Part shown: piece after piece, positions 45,205 through 55,685 of the stretch
How positions within the stretch are numbered: position 1 is the first letter of the stretch
How the letters are laid out: each line of letters starts with the position of its first letter
DNA from: Cyanidioschyzon merolae
Lineage: Eukaryota
NCBI GenBank assembly: GCA_000091205.1
Contig: AP006497.2
Direction: 5' to 3' (one strand)
Length of the DNA stretch: 64,000 nt
Notes under the pieces: generated by a model
Database searches by the model: none
What the model saw: only the letters and a program-made list of their open reading frames with translations
Told to the model about the DNA's origin: nothing
Position numbers and translations under genes: made by a program

Positions 45205-45838
45205 ACAATGCATGCGTGGAAGTCTGGATGCTTCTCGTTTCCTGAAGTGCGGTCTGCTCCAATCTTGCATTCTCCAAATGTTCGGTCTTTCTGTTCTCGA
45301 CGACGTCGTGGCCCGGCGACTTGCTTATTTGCTCATGACGCACGTTGACTGAACTTTTCGCTTCAGCGAATGATCGATTCGGTTTAGGAGACGAACCCTC
45401 CTATCTTACTGGTCATCGACGAGGCGGCATTCGACAGCAGCCTGCTGCCTCTCACATGACACGCCCGCAGACAGACCCGTCTCTTCTGTTTCCATGGAGA
45501 GAGGCCTCGTTCTCGGACCTGAATCATCCCAGCGATCGCCCGCGGTGGAGCGTACGTCAACGCTTTCCACGCAGGTAGGGTAGACGAAACGAAATTTCTC
45601 GCCCAGGTTTCCCGCCTGAGTTTTATTGCGATTTCTGATGCCATCATGATGAACATCGCGTTCCACAAACCTCGATCGAACCGAGGAGCGTGCCCGTGCT
45701 TGTGCAGCGGACTGAGCGCCTACCGAGGACTCTCGCCCGGAGGGTGCTCGATATTGTAGGGTACGGTGCCGGGCGTGGAAACGGAGGATTGCAACACCGA
45801 CAAGCATCCGTACCCGTCAAGCGCACAGCCCAAGCGGT
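45205..45838 (+). repeat. dispersed repeat family A, copy 2
   Basis: See copy 1 (31125..31765). Confidence 0.85.
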
Positions 45839-46943
45839 TAGACAATCGCTGTTGCGCCGCATGGTAGAGCGCCATGCAGATTCTGTGTGGTCGACACATG
45901 CAAACACCTGACCAGAGTCGAACGTTATCCCTGCGAAGGGCATACCAAGATCGTTAGCCGAGAAGATGGAATATGGCAAGCGAAGCATAGTTCGTAATTT
46001 GTGCCTATGCATGAAATGCAGCAACAACAGCTGGAAAGCAGCAAGATCAGGAGTTCAAGGTAGCTGCCAATGGCCTTCGACTGCCAACACCAGAGCTGGA
46101 ATGCCAGGAGGAACCGTCGTCGTTAAAACAGGCGATAAGAGAGAGGAATAGGAAGCAGTCACAGAAAAAGCCCGCAAAGGCTGGTGTTGTTGATACTGGG
46201 AAGCGACCCAAACTTTAGAGCGTACGCCCGTGTCAGGTAAATGGGCCCGTCGCATTTCATTCTGACCTGGACGTGTAGCAGAAACGGATGCGCTGCTGCT
46301 CGAGTTCGATCCCGACGACGACGATGGAGGTTTCGCTATGCATCGAGCTTACCCCATCCGCAAGCGTCATCGCTTGCCTGGTCCAGCTGACTACCACGGA
46401 CACGCAGCAGCTTCAACGTGCGCTGCAGCAGCGAGGCGCCACCTATCGACGCTTGCCCAGGAGTAGTATTGCCCCGACGCCGGACTCGGGTGTGCGCCCG
46501 TGGCCAGACCCTCGAGTGCGCGCACCGCCTCCCGACACATGCCCAGGAGCAGCGGTGCCTTGTCGTTGCACGCGTGTGTGGACCCGCGCACTGCCATCCT
46601 CCTGGTCGACGGGTGCCTGATTTCCTCCAGATTCCTTCGGTGTCGAGCCATGAGATGCACAGTACGTGAGCTCGTCACGTAGGCTCGGATTCCCGGACGC
46701 GTCCAGCTACGGAATTCTCCTGACTGGCGAGACCACCGGGGAATCCGCGTCTTACGTCCAGGCCAAGTAGGCGATCTGCGCACATCCGTCGTCCAAGTGC
46801 TGCGCAGCAGGCGCATGCCCAGTCCCAGTTTATCGGTTATCGTCCCTCGAACCAGACATCGTTTTCACGAATGCAAATTCACGAGCATGCGTTTATCACC
46901 GAGCATTCGTGCGCAGAATTCATGGAAGTGTCACGAATGGAGC

Positions 46944-47722
46944 TCACGATGCACGTGAGCGAGGTTTAATCATTCCTGTCCGACGAGCGTACTCGAACAG
47001 ACCGCCGGCATCAATGACAGGCTGGATTTCACCGAGCGGCTCCAGTTCGAAACGCTGCCCGCTATTGAGATTCCGTATGCTGAGGGTCTCAAAGTCAATC
47101 ACGGCCTCATCTCCGGTCTTAAAGTGCTCAACTAATCTCGTCTTCGATACCCATGGATACAGCTCACCCGTCGATGAGCAGTTGCGGAAAAAAATACGTG
47201 CGTATGAGGTCGCGACGACCGCCTTGGCACCGGCCGCACCAAGAGCAATAGGTGCGTGCTCCCTGGAGCTTCCGCAACCAAAGTTCTCACCTGCAATAAT
47301 GATGCTATACTTTGTGGATAACTGTCCTTCTTCAACAAAACGCTCGGGATAGAGCTCTCGAGGAAGACCTTCCAACGCGTGGGAGCCAAGCAGTTGATAC
47401 TCTGCTGGCACCGATGGCAGCAAGCTCAGGTGCTCAGCGGGGATGATTTGCTAATTTGCACGTGAATAGGGTTAGTATCTGTTATACAGCCTTCATGCAC
47501 CCAGGCAAACAACTGCGTCTGCTGTTTTTAGACGATTCTCCGCCAACTGAAGCCGTCCACCCAAACCCCTGCACCGGTTTAAGAGCGGCAACCGAGTGCA
47601 AACGGCGATAATTCCACAAAACTTACGTCTGTATCAATGTTATCGTGAACAACGAACACACGTCCTTGAATGTTACCCGTCTCTGGATCGCGTTTCCGAC
47701 CAACAGAGCAGACGTCCTCCAT
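46944..47722 (-). CDS. leuD: 3-isopropylmalate dehydratase small subunit-like (LeuD / aconitase swivel domain, short ~200-aa type), two exons: join(47722..47627, 47450..46944)
   Basis: Exon 1 (47722..47627) encodes [32 protein letters not shown], the LeuD N-terminal GRVW.FGDNIDTD box. Exon 2 continues [18 protein letters not shown]...[42 protein letters not shown]... (LeuD/aconitase-C fold) to TGA at 46944. The ORF-track entry 46944..47423 starts with TTG, not ATG, and has no in-frame ATG; the splice restores a proper start. Confidence 0.7.
47451..47626 (-). other. spliceosomal intron (176 nt) of the LeuD-like gene
   Basis: On the minus strand: donor GTAAGT (plus-strand ACTTAC at 47621-47626), branch TACTAAC (plus-strand GTTAGTA at 47471-47477) 24 nt upstream of acceptor ...AATTAG (plus-strand CT at 47451-47452). 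Joining exon 1 to exon 2 reconstitutes the conserved DNIDTD|QIIPA motif. Confidence 0.7.
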
Positions 47723-48673
47723 TCGAAGCGGAGCGGGCGTCTCCATTCGCACGGTAGCCCGACGAGAACAGCCCCTCGAGCGGTAACCAGCCAAACCAGG
47801 AAGACGAGGCGCGGAGCACCTCCCGAGAGCGCTGCTCCTTGCTCTGGTCCCCTGAACAACCACAGCGTTCGAAAAAACGAAAACCATTGTGAACCTTGAG
47901 CTTGTTTTCTCCGAGAACGTTCCTCCGGGTGTCGCTTCGTCCCCAGAGCGTATTGACCGTCGCGCGGGGCAGCGACACCGCGCTGCGCTGTCGCGGGAGG
48001 TCACCCGTGGAGCGCTCACACTCCGAGGCACTAGGATCGTACACCTGCTTTGTACACCAAGAGCTTGAACCGCTTTGGAGCTGGGAGCGTCCTCGGTAAG
48101 CGTCTGAGAATAGAAGACGCTGCCTTGGTATACGACGGGTGCAGTGCTCCCGAGCACCATCGCTGGCACTCAAAGGGTGTCGTTTCGCACGCTAGCGTTA
48201 GGGGGGTGTCCATCGCTTGACTTGGTCGTGAGCGGGGAGCGTTCGCTAGAAAACGCTTCATTGGATACTGCTCAGTGCTTTCCTTCTTGAGCGCTAACAT
48301 TTTCGGAGCACGACGCACGCACAAACGGCGATCTGGAGGCTACGCAAGCTCTAGAACGGGAAACCGCTATGGAATGACGAATTCTGACCACATTAGTCTC
48401 TTTAACTTCGCTGGAAGACAAGTTCCCACGCTTTCATGCTTTTTAGGTCCGCGCGAGCGCATGTCCCAGAATCAGCGACCCCAGCGGACTGCTTTCGTTG
48501 CGTCATACGCGGGTCCGCGTGGAAGCGCTGCAGCTGTGCCGCAGCGTAGAAACGCTGAAGAACGAATACTTGTGTGCCGGATCAAGCAAGCGAGTTGCAC
48601 CGTGAATACGCATTTGCATCGAAAAGCGCCTACCCAGCTTTTGTCTGTGGAGAGCGCGAGATGGCCCGGCGGC

Positions 48674-50773
48674 ATGCTATTCAGCAAGAGGCAACAGCGT
48701 CATCAACGACAACGAAAACGGGCGCTGGCGCTGTGCGCTGAGGCGCCACACCCCGGGAAGCCACAGCTCTTGGTACAGCGAGCCGCAGCGTTCGCTGGAC
48801 AGGCCGCTGTCCTTGGCCTGCTCTGCTATCTCCAGTTTCTTCTAGGCAATGGATCCTTCTCCATTATGGACAACACGGAACCCAAATTCGCTGTATGCGC
48901 AAAGAACATGCTTCGAACGGGGAACTGGCTCATTCCGCAATGGAATGGACGAGTTCGCTTTGATAAGCCTCCGCTTGTTTACTGGCTCCAGGCTGTCGCA
49001 TATCGTCTGTTTGGATTTACGGAAAGCGCCACGCGACTGCCGACTGCGCTAGCAGCTTGCGCGGTAACCCTCATGGTGTACTGTTTCAGCGTAGGCGCCT
49101 CCAGCGACAACATGAGAAAGCGGCAATTCAAGGGCCTGATTTCCGCCGCAGCATTCGCCTGCAGCCTCTATGCAGTCGGCTGGGCCCGAAGTGGTGTCTC
49201 CGATATGGTCTTGTGTGCATGCATCACAGCGTGTTTGGGGTGTTTCGCAGCCGCCTATATCTCGGAAACAAAAGCGACCCGTTTCGCCTGGTACATTGGT
49301 ATGTTTGCAGCTGCGGCATTGGCACTGCTCACGAAGGGCCCCCTGGGCGTTGCGCTCCCAGCCCTGATCGTGAACGTCTTCCTCGTGCTCGTCGGTCAAT
49401 GGCGTGCGGTTGTCCTTCACGAGATTCCCTGGACTCGAGGTGTTCTCCTCGCCGCTGCAATCGGTCTTCCGTGGTACATGCTCATTATCCGTGCATACGG
49501 GCTAACCTATATCAAGGCCTTCTTCGGCTATCATAATCTGGCCCGCCTGACAAGCGCTGTGAATGCGCATAGCGGCCCCTGGTACTACTATCTGGCGTGT
49601 CTTCTACTGGGGTTCCTTCCCTGGGTCGCAGCGTTACCGGTTGCACTTGTCGCTGCCTATCGTCGCTCCGGCTTCGCCGCAGCGTCGAGAAAGTCGTCGC
49701 GACGCGAGCAAATCCCCTTATTCATCACCACCTGGTTTCTGCTTACAATTTCGTTCTTCTCCTGCATCCGCACGAAGCTCTTCAGTTACATACTGCCTGC
49801 TATACCGGCTGCTGCTCTGCTCATTGGCGAATACTTCTCAGGCGTGGATCCGCGCAAGCCAGCAGACTGTGGGCGCGCAGAGCGTCTGATCACTGCGCTG
49901 GCAGTCATCATAATCATGGCTGCAATGGCGCTGCTCTGCCTGCGACTCGAATCACTCATTATCGGCAGCAGCGGAGGAGCTGGCGACCCCTGGATTCTGC
50001 GGGTCTGTCTCGAACAGGTGCGAGCTCAGAAGCTGGTCTGGCGAGGCGTTGCGCCCTGGGTGCTCGGTATCGTCGGCGTTTTGGTGACCTGTTCCATCAG
50101 CCGCTGGTATCGTTATCTGCCCACAGCTATGGCGGCAAGTTTTATGCTCTTTCAATGCATGTTCCTATTGCCAGCGATACGTGTCTGGGACCGCGCCCAC
50201 CAGCAGCCGCTTCGCGAACTAGCCCAGTGCGTTCGCAGCCTGCGTGAGCGAAGCGAGGCCGACCTCCGCACCGACCGGGTCTACATGATGGTATTTGGAT
50301 GGTGTGATGGTGTCCCCGAAGGCCAGCCTTCGGTTGTTTGGTACAGCGACTTTGATGGATGGCATTTTGCTGAGCGTCCCGAGGAGACGCTCGCAGACAT
50401 TGTGCTCATGGCACGACGCGATGATCGTGCCGAACGTGTTTGCCTCGTTTCCAGGCCAGCCGCGGACGTTGCACCAAACTACGCCAGTCTATGGTCGGCT
50501 TGCTGCGATGGAATCGCTGAAGACGACCTCCGCGACGCTAAAGATGTGCTGATCCTGGCGGATACATCGATCTGGCGGACGATTCCCGGGCAGCTGCCGG
50601 ATACCAAGGTCATCGAGCGACGAGGTCCATTTGCGCTCTATCGCGTACCGCCACGAGCGGCACTGCGAGCAGTACAAGCGATACGAAATCGTGGTGGTAC
50701 ATACGCTTTCCAACGTGATCGTCTTGACTTGAAGAGCATGGAGCCAGCTTCGAATATGAAGGAGTATCCTTGA
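48674..50773 (+). CDS. glycosyltransferase family 39/83-like (ArnT / PMT_2 dolichyl-phosphate-sugar transferase fold), multi-TM
   Basis: FAVCAKNMLRTGNWLIPQWNGRVRFDKPPLVYWLQAVAYRLFG matches the ArnT/PMT_2 signature (..gdWl.P...g..yf.KPPL.YW). It is followed by >10 hydrophobic helices and a ~250-aa soluble C-terminal region. The track ORF begins at 48275 with a non-ATG codon. In-frame ATGs are at ~48374, ~48461 and 48674; I chose the one just before the first TM helix. Confidence 0.65.
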   Translation: MLFSKRQQRHQRQRKRALALCAEAPHPGKPQLLVQRAAAFAGQAAVLGLLCYLQFLLGNGSFSIMDNTEPKFAVCAKNMLRTGNWLIPQWNGRVRFDKPPLVYWLQAVAYRLFGFTESATRLPTALAACAVTLMVYCFSVGASSDNMRKRQFKGLISAAAFACSLYAVGWARSGVSDMVLCACITACLGCFAAAYISETKATRFAWYIGMFAAAALALLTKGPLGVALPALIVNVFLVLVGQWRAVVLHEIPWTRGVLLAAAIGLPWYMLIIRAYGLTYIKAFFGYHNLARLTSAVNAHSGPWYYYLACLLLGFLPWVAALPVALVAAYRRSGFAAASRKSSRREQIPLFITTWFLLTISFFSCIRTKLFSYILPAIPAAALLIGEYFSGVDPRKPADCGRAERLITALAVIIIMAAMALLCLRLESLIIGSSGGAGDPWILRVCLEQVRAQKLVWRGVAPWVLGIVGVLVTCSISRWYRYLPTAMAASFMLFQCMFLLPAIRVWDRAHQQPLRELAQCVRSLRERSEADLRTDRVYMMVFGWCDGVPEGQPSVVWYSDFDGWHFAERPEETLADIVLMARRDDRAERVCLVSRPAADVAPNYASLWSACCDGIAEDDLRDAKDVLILADTSIWRTIPGQLPDTKVIERRGPFALYRVPPRAALRAVQAIRNRGGTYAFQRDRLDLKSMEPASNMKEYP

Positions 50774-52940
50774 CACCGATTGATGGAGCACCGTGGTCGT
50801 TAGCCAGGTGCATGGGAAATTCGGTCTCGATGGATCCAGGCATTACTGGATTCCCTCTGCATTCTCGGTATTTGCACCGTTTCACAGCCTTGCTCCACGC
50901 GTGGTCCGAATGTCCTCTCTGCTGCGCTGATTTTTTCATCGCAAGTCATCTGCGTATTAGAGCCATGCCCACAGTGCGTCCGAAACGATGCCCGCGGACG
51001 CTCCTGGGGCACGACATCCTTCCGCATGTCGATCGAGCCGCTCAAGTCCAGGTTGAGCGTGTGTTTGCGCGCACGGTTGCTCCTGGGGCACTCCACAGGG
51101 AGCAGCTCGCATGCTAGTGCCTCGCATTCGGACGTTCAGGCATGTTTCCGCACTCCGTATCGTGCATTCGTCTCTATTTGACGCCCCTGTGCTCTGCTTG
51201 TTTCGGCGTACGGTTGTATGCATGATGAGCGTAGATGCCGTTCAGGAGGCATCGACGAGCCTCGAAGAGAATCGATTCGTGAACGTGTGTGACGCTCTCG
51301 TCGACGGAGCAGGAGCGCAGCCTTTGGGCGTGAGCGCACGTCCAGCGTCGTGCGCTGCCACCAGACGACCCGAGATGTTAGTCGTGATCGTGGCTAACAT
51401 GTTGAACGGGGTGGCGAGTGCGCGCTTCTTCCCGCCGACCAGCGGAAGCTGCTTGGGAGCCCCAGCTCAACCGCGTGGTCCCGTGTCCTCCTGCCGAAAA
51501 TCCTTCTCATGAGCCGTGTGCATACTCATGTATGTACTGGTGCACAGCACCCCTTGTATCTGTACCCGCTTTTCTGGGCCTCTGAGGCGGCGGTACATTG
51601 CGCAAAAGATGCACTCTACAGGGACGCACAGACGGTTGTTGCGGAGAGTTTGGTACGCTTTGGCACTGGCGCTGTCGGTGTTCCTGTCGCTGAGCAGCAT
51701 GGCAGTGCATCGAAGGATGCTGGAAAGCCCGTGTGTGTGTGTGTGTGTGCGTCGCTGGTCCGCCGATTAGGCCGCATTGCATCCGCGGTGCCGAACATCA
51801 CGCTTCATGTCGCATGCGGGTTTGGTCGAGCAGGTCTAGGCCAGTGTGGACATCCGGCACACTTGCACCCGGAATGCCGTCGAACTGCTTGCTCGACGAG
51901 GCGCTTCCGTGCAAGGACAGCGAAACGAGTATTTCTCGAGTGAAGCGTTACCCACTCATTCATGACGCGCTGTGTCGTTACGCGTGCCGGATACGAACGA
52001 CTCGCCTACCGATGCGTGATCCTCGAAGCGGTGTAGAAGCATTAGGAAGGCGGATTTGGCCCGATGGAACCAGGGAGCATCGGCTAGCACGTGGCGCACC
52101 TGAACGCCTATGCCAGCTGCGTACGCCTTGACCACGTATCAGAGATGGAAAGCGACGCTGCCCCTGAACAGGACAGACGCATACGGGAAGCAGAAGCCAG
52201 GAAGCGTGCATCGACGAAGAGTGCGCTGTTGAGCGATCCAGTCTGGTTGGCGATTCACAGGAGACCGCATCCTTGGATGGTCGTTCGCGTTGATGTCGAC
52301 GGCATGCTCGTTTGACTGTTCTGAGCAGACCGGGGCTTGCCCCTGTTTGCGTATCCATTGTGGAAGTCGACCAGGTCTTCTTGCGTGGAGCCTCGTCGAG
52401 CGAGACGATCTCTGGCCCCTGCCGCGCTCCGCCCTCGCGTTCCAGCATGACGCCGATGGTGTGGTATGCGTCGTGCGTCTGTCTCCCCGAGAAGCGTCCT
52501 TTCTTTCTTTCGTTCTTCGTCCATGGTGTCTCTTCGTCACTGTTCGTATCAACGGCACGCGGAATTCGGAAGCTCCGGCTTCTCTGAAAGTATTTCCTGC
52601 ACAACGCGTAGAATGGGATGGATTGACGAGTACTGGGTTGCATAGGCAGCGTTTTCATCAATTTTGTTTACGGGTTATGACATTCAGAGCAGGGACTTGC
52701 ACGGTATTTGGTCCAGTGGCTATCGCAGATTGACTGCATTGGACAAGCACCGCCGTTCTTTTTCGCGAGCTTGCACTCGCAGCATCACGGCATTCCGTAA
52801 CCTTTCTCCAGAGCGCAGGATACACTCCTTTGTATTGAATCGCTGTGCGAGAAACAAAAACAATACGGGTGTGCTGGCGCAGCTTCTCCAGAATTCACTG
52901 GTCTGAGCGTAACGCCCGAAAGGTGTTGGAAGCAGCGAGC
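50771..52940 (+). repeat. dispersed repeat family B, copy 2
   Basis: See copy 1 (36953..39122). (GT)n at 51731-51749. Begins at the TGA stop (50771-50773) of the upstream glycosyltransferase gene. Confidence 0.85.
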
Positions 52941-54122
52941 TCACTGCGCGACGAGCATGCGCCCTCACGTGGGCGATGTTTTCCTGCCGAGGTCTGCGTG
53001 CTCCGCCGCCCTCGCCAAGGTGCTCGGTAACGACCGCGCCGACAGAGTTCAGCTTGCAGCAGGGAATAACTAACCGTGAAACTATCCCAGAAACTCGCCG
53101 AGCAAATTTCGAAAGCAAAAAGCTGGCGACAAGGTTAAGCATCCGGTCCTGTACGAAAACAGCGACTCAATCCGAGGTTAGGAAATACAAGAGCAAGCTG
53201 TCGCGTGTCCGTATGGCGGCCACATACGCGCATTCCATATCGCAGAGATTCTGGACTGGTAAAAATCCACACCCAAAGCGCACTGAACCATCGTGCGGAG
53301 CGCACACGATACTCACAAAAGACACGACATTCCGTGGCTTCCAGGATCGACCAAAGCCGCGATACTCCATAAGACCTACCGCACTGGAATGGGGGCGGCT
53401 GTACATACAGGCATCCGCGGAACCTACGATGGTGACGCTCCCCATACACGAAGGTATCTGTGCATCCAGGTCGTCTGGTTCGATCGATCGATAGAATCTG
53501 GAATATGAAAAGAATCTCCCACACCATGTCCATAGCCAAAAGTATCGGTACTGAACGTGATAAACTCGTCTGTAGCTCGCTGCATTTCACAATGGCATCC
53601 TACTCGTAAGCGTCCTGCACATGAGGCAGGCCCCCACTGAAACAAATACAGTTTCCAGCATGCCATCCGCTCAAATGGACGCGATTGTTCCGTCTGTTCC
53701 GTTGCGTATTCGTCGGAATCACCCGGTATACATACATACACACGATGATGCATCTCGACTCTGACAGTTTGCGGTGACGTTCGTGTCCAGTGCAGTGCGT
53801 CCGTGGCGGCGCCACGACGCCAAGGGTGGCACGGCAACGACATCTGCATCATCATCGTTTGGGTCGTGGATCTTTCACCGTCACCGGATGCTCTTACATG
53901 CGTCACGCACTGCAACTGGTGAGCGCTAACACGTTTGCAGAAAAACTACGGTTTGTGGACCAAGAAGAAGCTGCGTTCTTGCTCCCTAATATGCCTTGTT
54001 CGCGGTATCGGGCCATAACATGCGCTCATAGGCATCACCGTGCAGTGGAAGGAGACAAATCGCTGTCTCAAGGGGCTTCCAACGGAGCGCGCATGCTACA
54101 GTTCACCTTTCGCATTGCATGT

Positions 54123-55178
54123 TTAGAGCCGAACGAGCACCCCTTGATTCTTCATGTACTGCTTGAGGTCGGGAATGCGAATCGTGTTGTCATGGAAAAG
54201 GGAGGCAGCCAACGCTGCCGATGCGCCACCTTGCGTCACTGCGTCCACAAAGTGCTGCATGGTGCCTGCACCACCACTCGCAATAACGGGAACGCATACC
54301 GCATCCACAACAGCACGGGTAAGCTCCAAATCGAAACCCGCCAAAGTTCCGTCCGCATCCATGCTTGTCAGCAGGATTTCCCCAGCTCCTAGCTCGGATC
54401 CTCTTTGCGCCCACTCCACAGCATCGATCCCGGTGGGTTTACGTCCGCCAGCGACATAGACTTCCCATTTACCCGGACTGCGCCTCTTTGCATCAATTGC
54501 AAGTACAATATTGGCCTTTCCGAGCTGGTATGCACATTCTTGGAGCAGCTCCGGGCGTGCAACAGCTGCGCTATTGATGGCGACTTTATCCGCTCCAGAG
54601 AGCAGCGTGCGTCGCGCATCCTCGACCGTGCGTATTCCACCGCCAACTGTCAACGGAATGAAGATGGATCCTGCGACCTGTTCTACAACTCGCAAAGTCG
54701 TCTCATGGCCGTTCGGTGTTGCCGAAATGTCGAGAAACACGAGTTCGTCGGCACCGTCCTCGTAGTAGACTCGGGCCTGCTCAACGGGGTCACCTGCGTC
54801 TCTGAGGTTTACAAAATTGATTCCCTTGACAACACGGCCATCCTTCACGTCCAAACATGGAATGATGCGCTTCGCGGGTCCCGAAATACGCTCCTGAGGT
54901 TCAAGCTGCTCATCCACCGACAATATGGTTGTCGTTGAAAGCGGCGACGAGGACGCAGCCGCCAGACATTGAACCGTGCGCGCTGCCCTGGAAGCTCGCC
55001 CACCAGATCCGCGACCAAAAGCAGCACAGCACCGCAGCTGCCAAGCCCCAACGCTAGCCCGCCAGGTGCTCTGCCGCTCGATCGGGAGACGCAAACAGAG
55101 GCTAAAGCCAAGCGCAGGACACTTCCGACTGCAACGCGTGTTCACCGTTCGACGGCAACGAGGTAGGGCGCTCGCCAT
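54123..55178 (-). CDS. hisF: imidazole glycerol phosphate synthase cyclase subunit HisF, unfused, with ~95-aa N-terminal presequence
   Basis: [15 protein letters not shown]...[11 protein letters not shown]...[33 protein letters not shown]...[13 protein letters not shown]...[24 protein letters not shown]...VIASGGAG is a full-length HisF (beta/alpha)8 barrel. The track ORF starts with GTG; first ATG ([19 protein letters not shown]...) is at 55178. The presequence is R/S/A/C-rich with no acidic residues, so transit-peptide-like. Confidence 0.85.
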   Translation of the reverse strand: MASALPRCRRTVNTRCSRKCPALGFSLCLRLPIERQSTWRASVGAWQLRCCAAFGRGSGGRASRAARTVQCLAAASSSPLSTTTILSVDEQLEPQERISGPAKRIIPCLDVKDGRVVKGINFVNLRDAGDPVEQARVYYEDGADELVFLDISATPNGHETTLRVVEQVAGSIFIPLTVGGGIRTVEDARRTLLSGADKVAINSAAVARPELLQECAYQLGKANIVLAIDAKRRSPGKWEVYVAGGRKPTGIDAVEWAQRGSELGAGEILLTSMDADGTLAGFDLELTRAVVDAVCVPVIASGGAGTMQHFVDAVTQGGASAALAASLFHDNTIRIPDLKQYMKNQGVLVRL

Positions 55179-55384
55179 GGCCCTTCCCCAGGACCTGGAC
55201 GTCAGCTTGAAGCCGCAAAAGATCCACCCGCAGTTGAAGTGGACGCAGCACACGCTGCAGCAGGAACCAGTACGAGTTCGGACTTGCTCCTGCTGCTCCT
55301 GCTGCTGCTCTCAAGCGTCAGCCAGGAGTCTGTCTCAGCTACGCCGCTGCTTCAGGCCTGCCTGCGCTCTACGGATACCTGTGC

Positions 55385-55477
55385 TGGACATTCGGTGCCA
55401 TCTCTAAAGTTGGACATCCGATGCCATCTCTAAAGTTGGACACTCGGTGCCATCTCTAAAGTTGGACATACGATGCC
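55385..55477. repeat. 26-bp tandem repeat (~3.5 copies) in the HisF/ThrRS divergent intergenic region
   Basis: gccatctctaaagttggacaNNcgNt repeated head-to-tail: ...ggacattcggt|gccatctctaaagttggacatccgat|gccatctctaaagttggacactcggt|gccatctctaaagttggacatacgat|gcc. Lies between the divergent starts at 55178 and 55686; candidate shared promoter element. Confidence 0.8.
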
Positions 55478-55685
55478 AGCGACGGTTCCCAGGCCCCGGC
55501 TTGCACTGCGACATCTCGTCGACGTCGTCGACTGTACCGGGGATGATCGTCAACGGCATTGCGCTCTGGGCGTGCTGCTGCGTCTCTCCTGCCTCAGGTG
55601 TTGTTGTTGTTCTTGTTGTTGTCAGCGGCGTTGGCGGCTCGGCTCTGAGGTGCTTTCAAACCAGTATCCATTGTCAAGCCAAGCT

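Noticed and set aside
31125-45838. Simple 14-kb tandem segmental duplication explaining the A and B pairs
   Set aside because: The sequence between the repeats is unrelated in the two units (FtsZ/kinase versus LeuD/GT39), and the two offsets differ (14,073 versus 13,818 bp). Kept as one possible ancestral event in the findings but not called as a duplication.
46255-46330. tRNA-like T-loop motif (gagttcgatcccgac)
   Set aside because: No acceptor/D/anticodon stems could be folded around it. It lies within a GC-rich ORF-like region.
36953-52940. Repeat B copies as the two LTRs of an ~16-kb LTR retrotransposon
   Set aside because: The 11.6 kb between them carries ordinary cellular genes on both strands (coiled-coil protein, ERCC6-like SNF2, LeuD, GT39-like) and no gag/pol/RT/integrase. 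No TG...CA termini or flanking TSD seen.
55473-55685. ATG 55473 as the ThrRS start codon (track prediction)
   Set aside because: It lies inside the 26-bp tandem repeat array and would add a Cys-rich repeat-encoded peptide. ATG 55686 gives a typical presequence directly followed by the conserved N2 domain.
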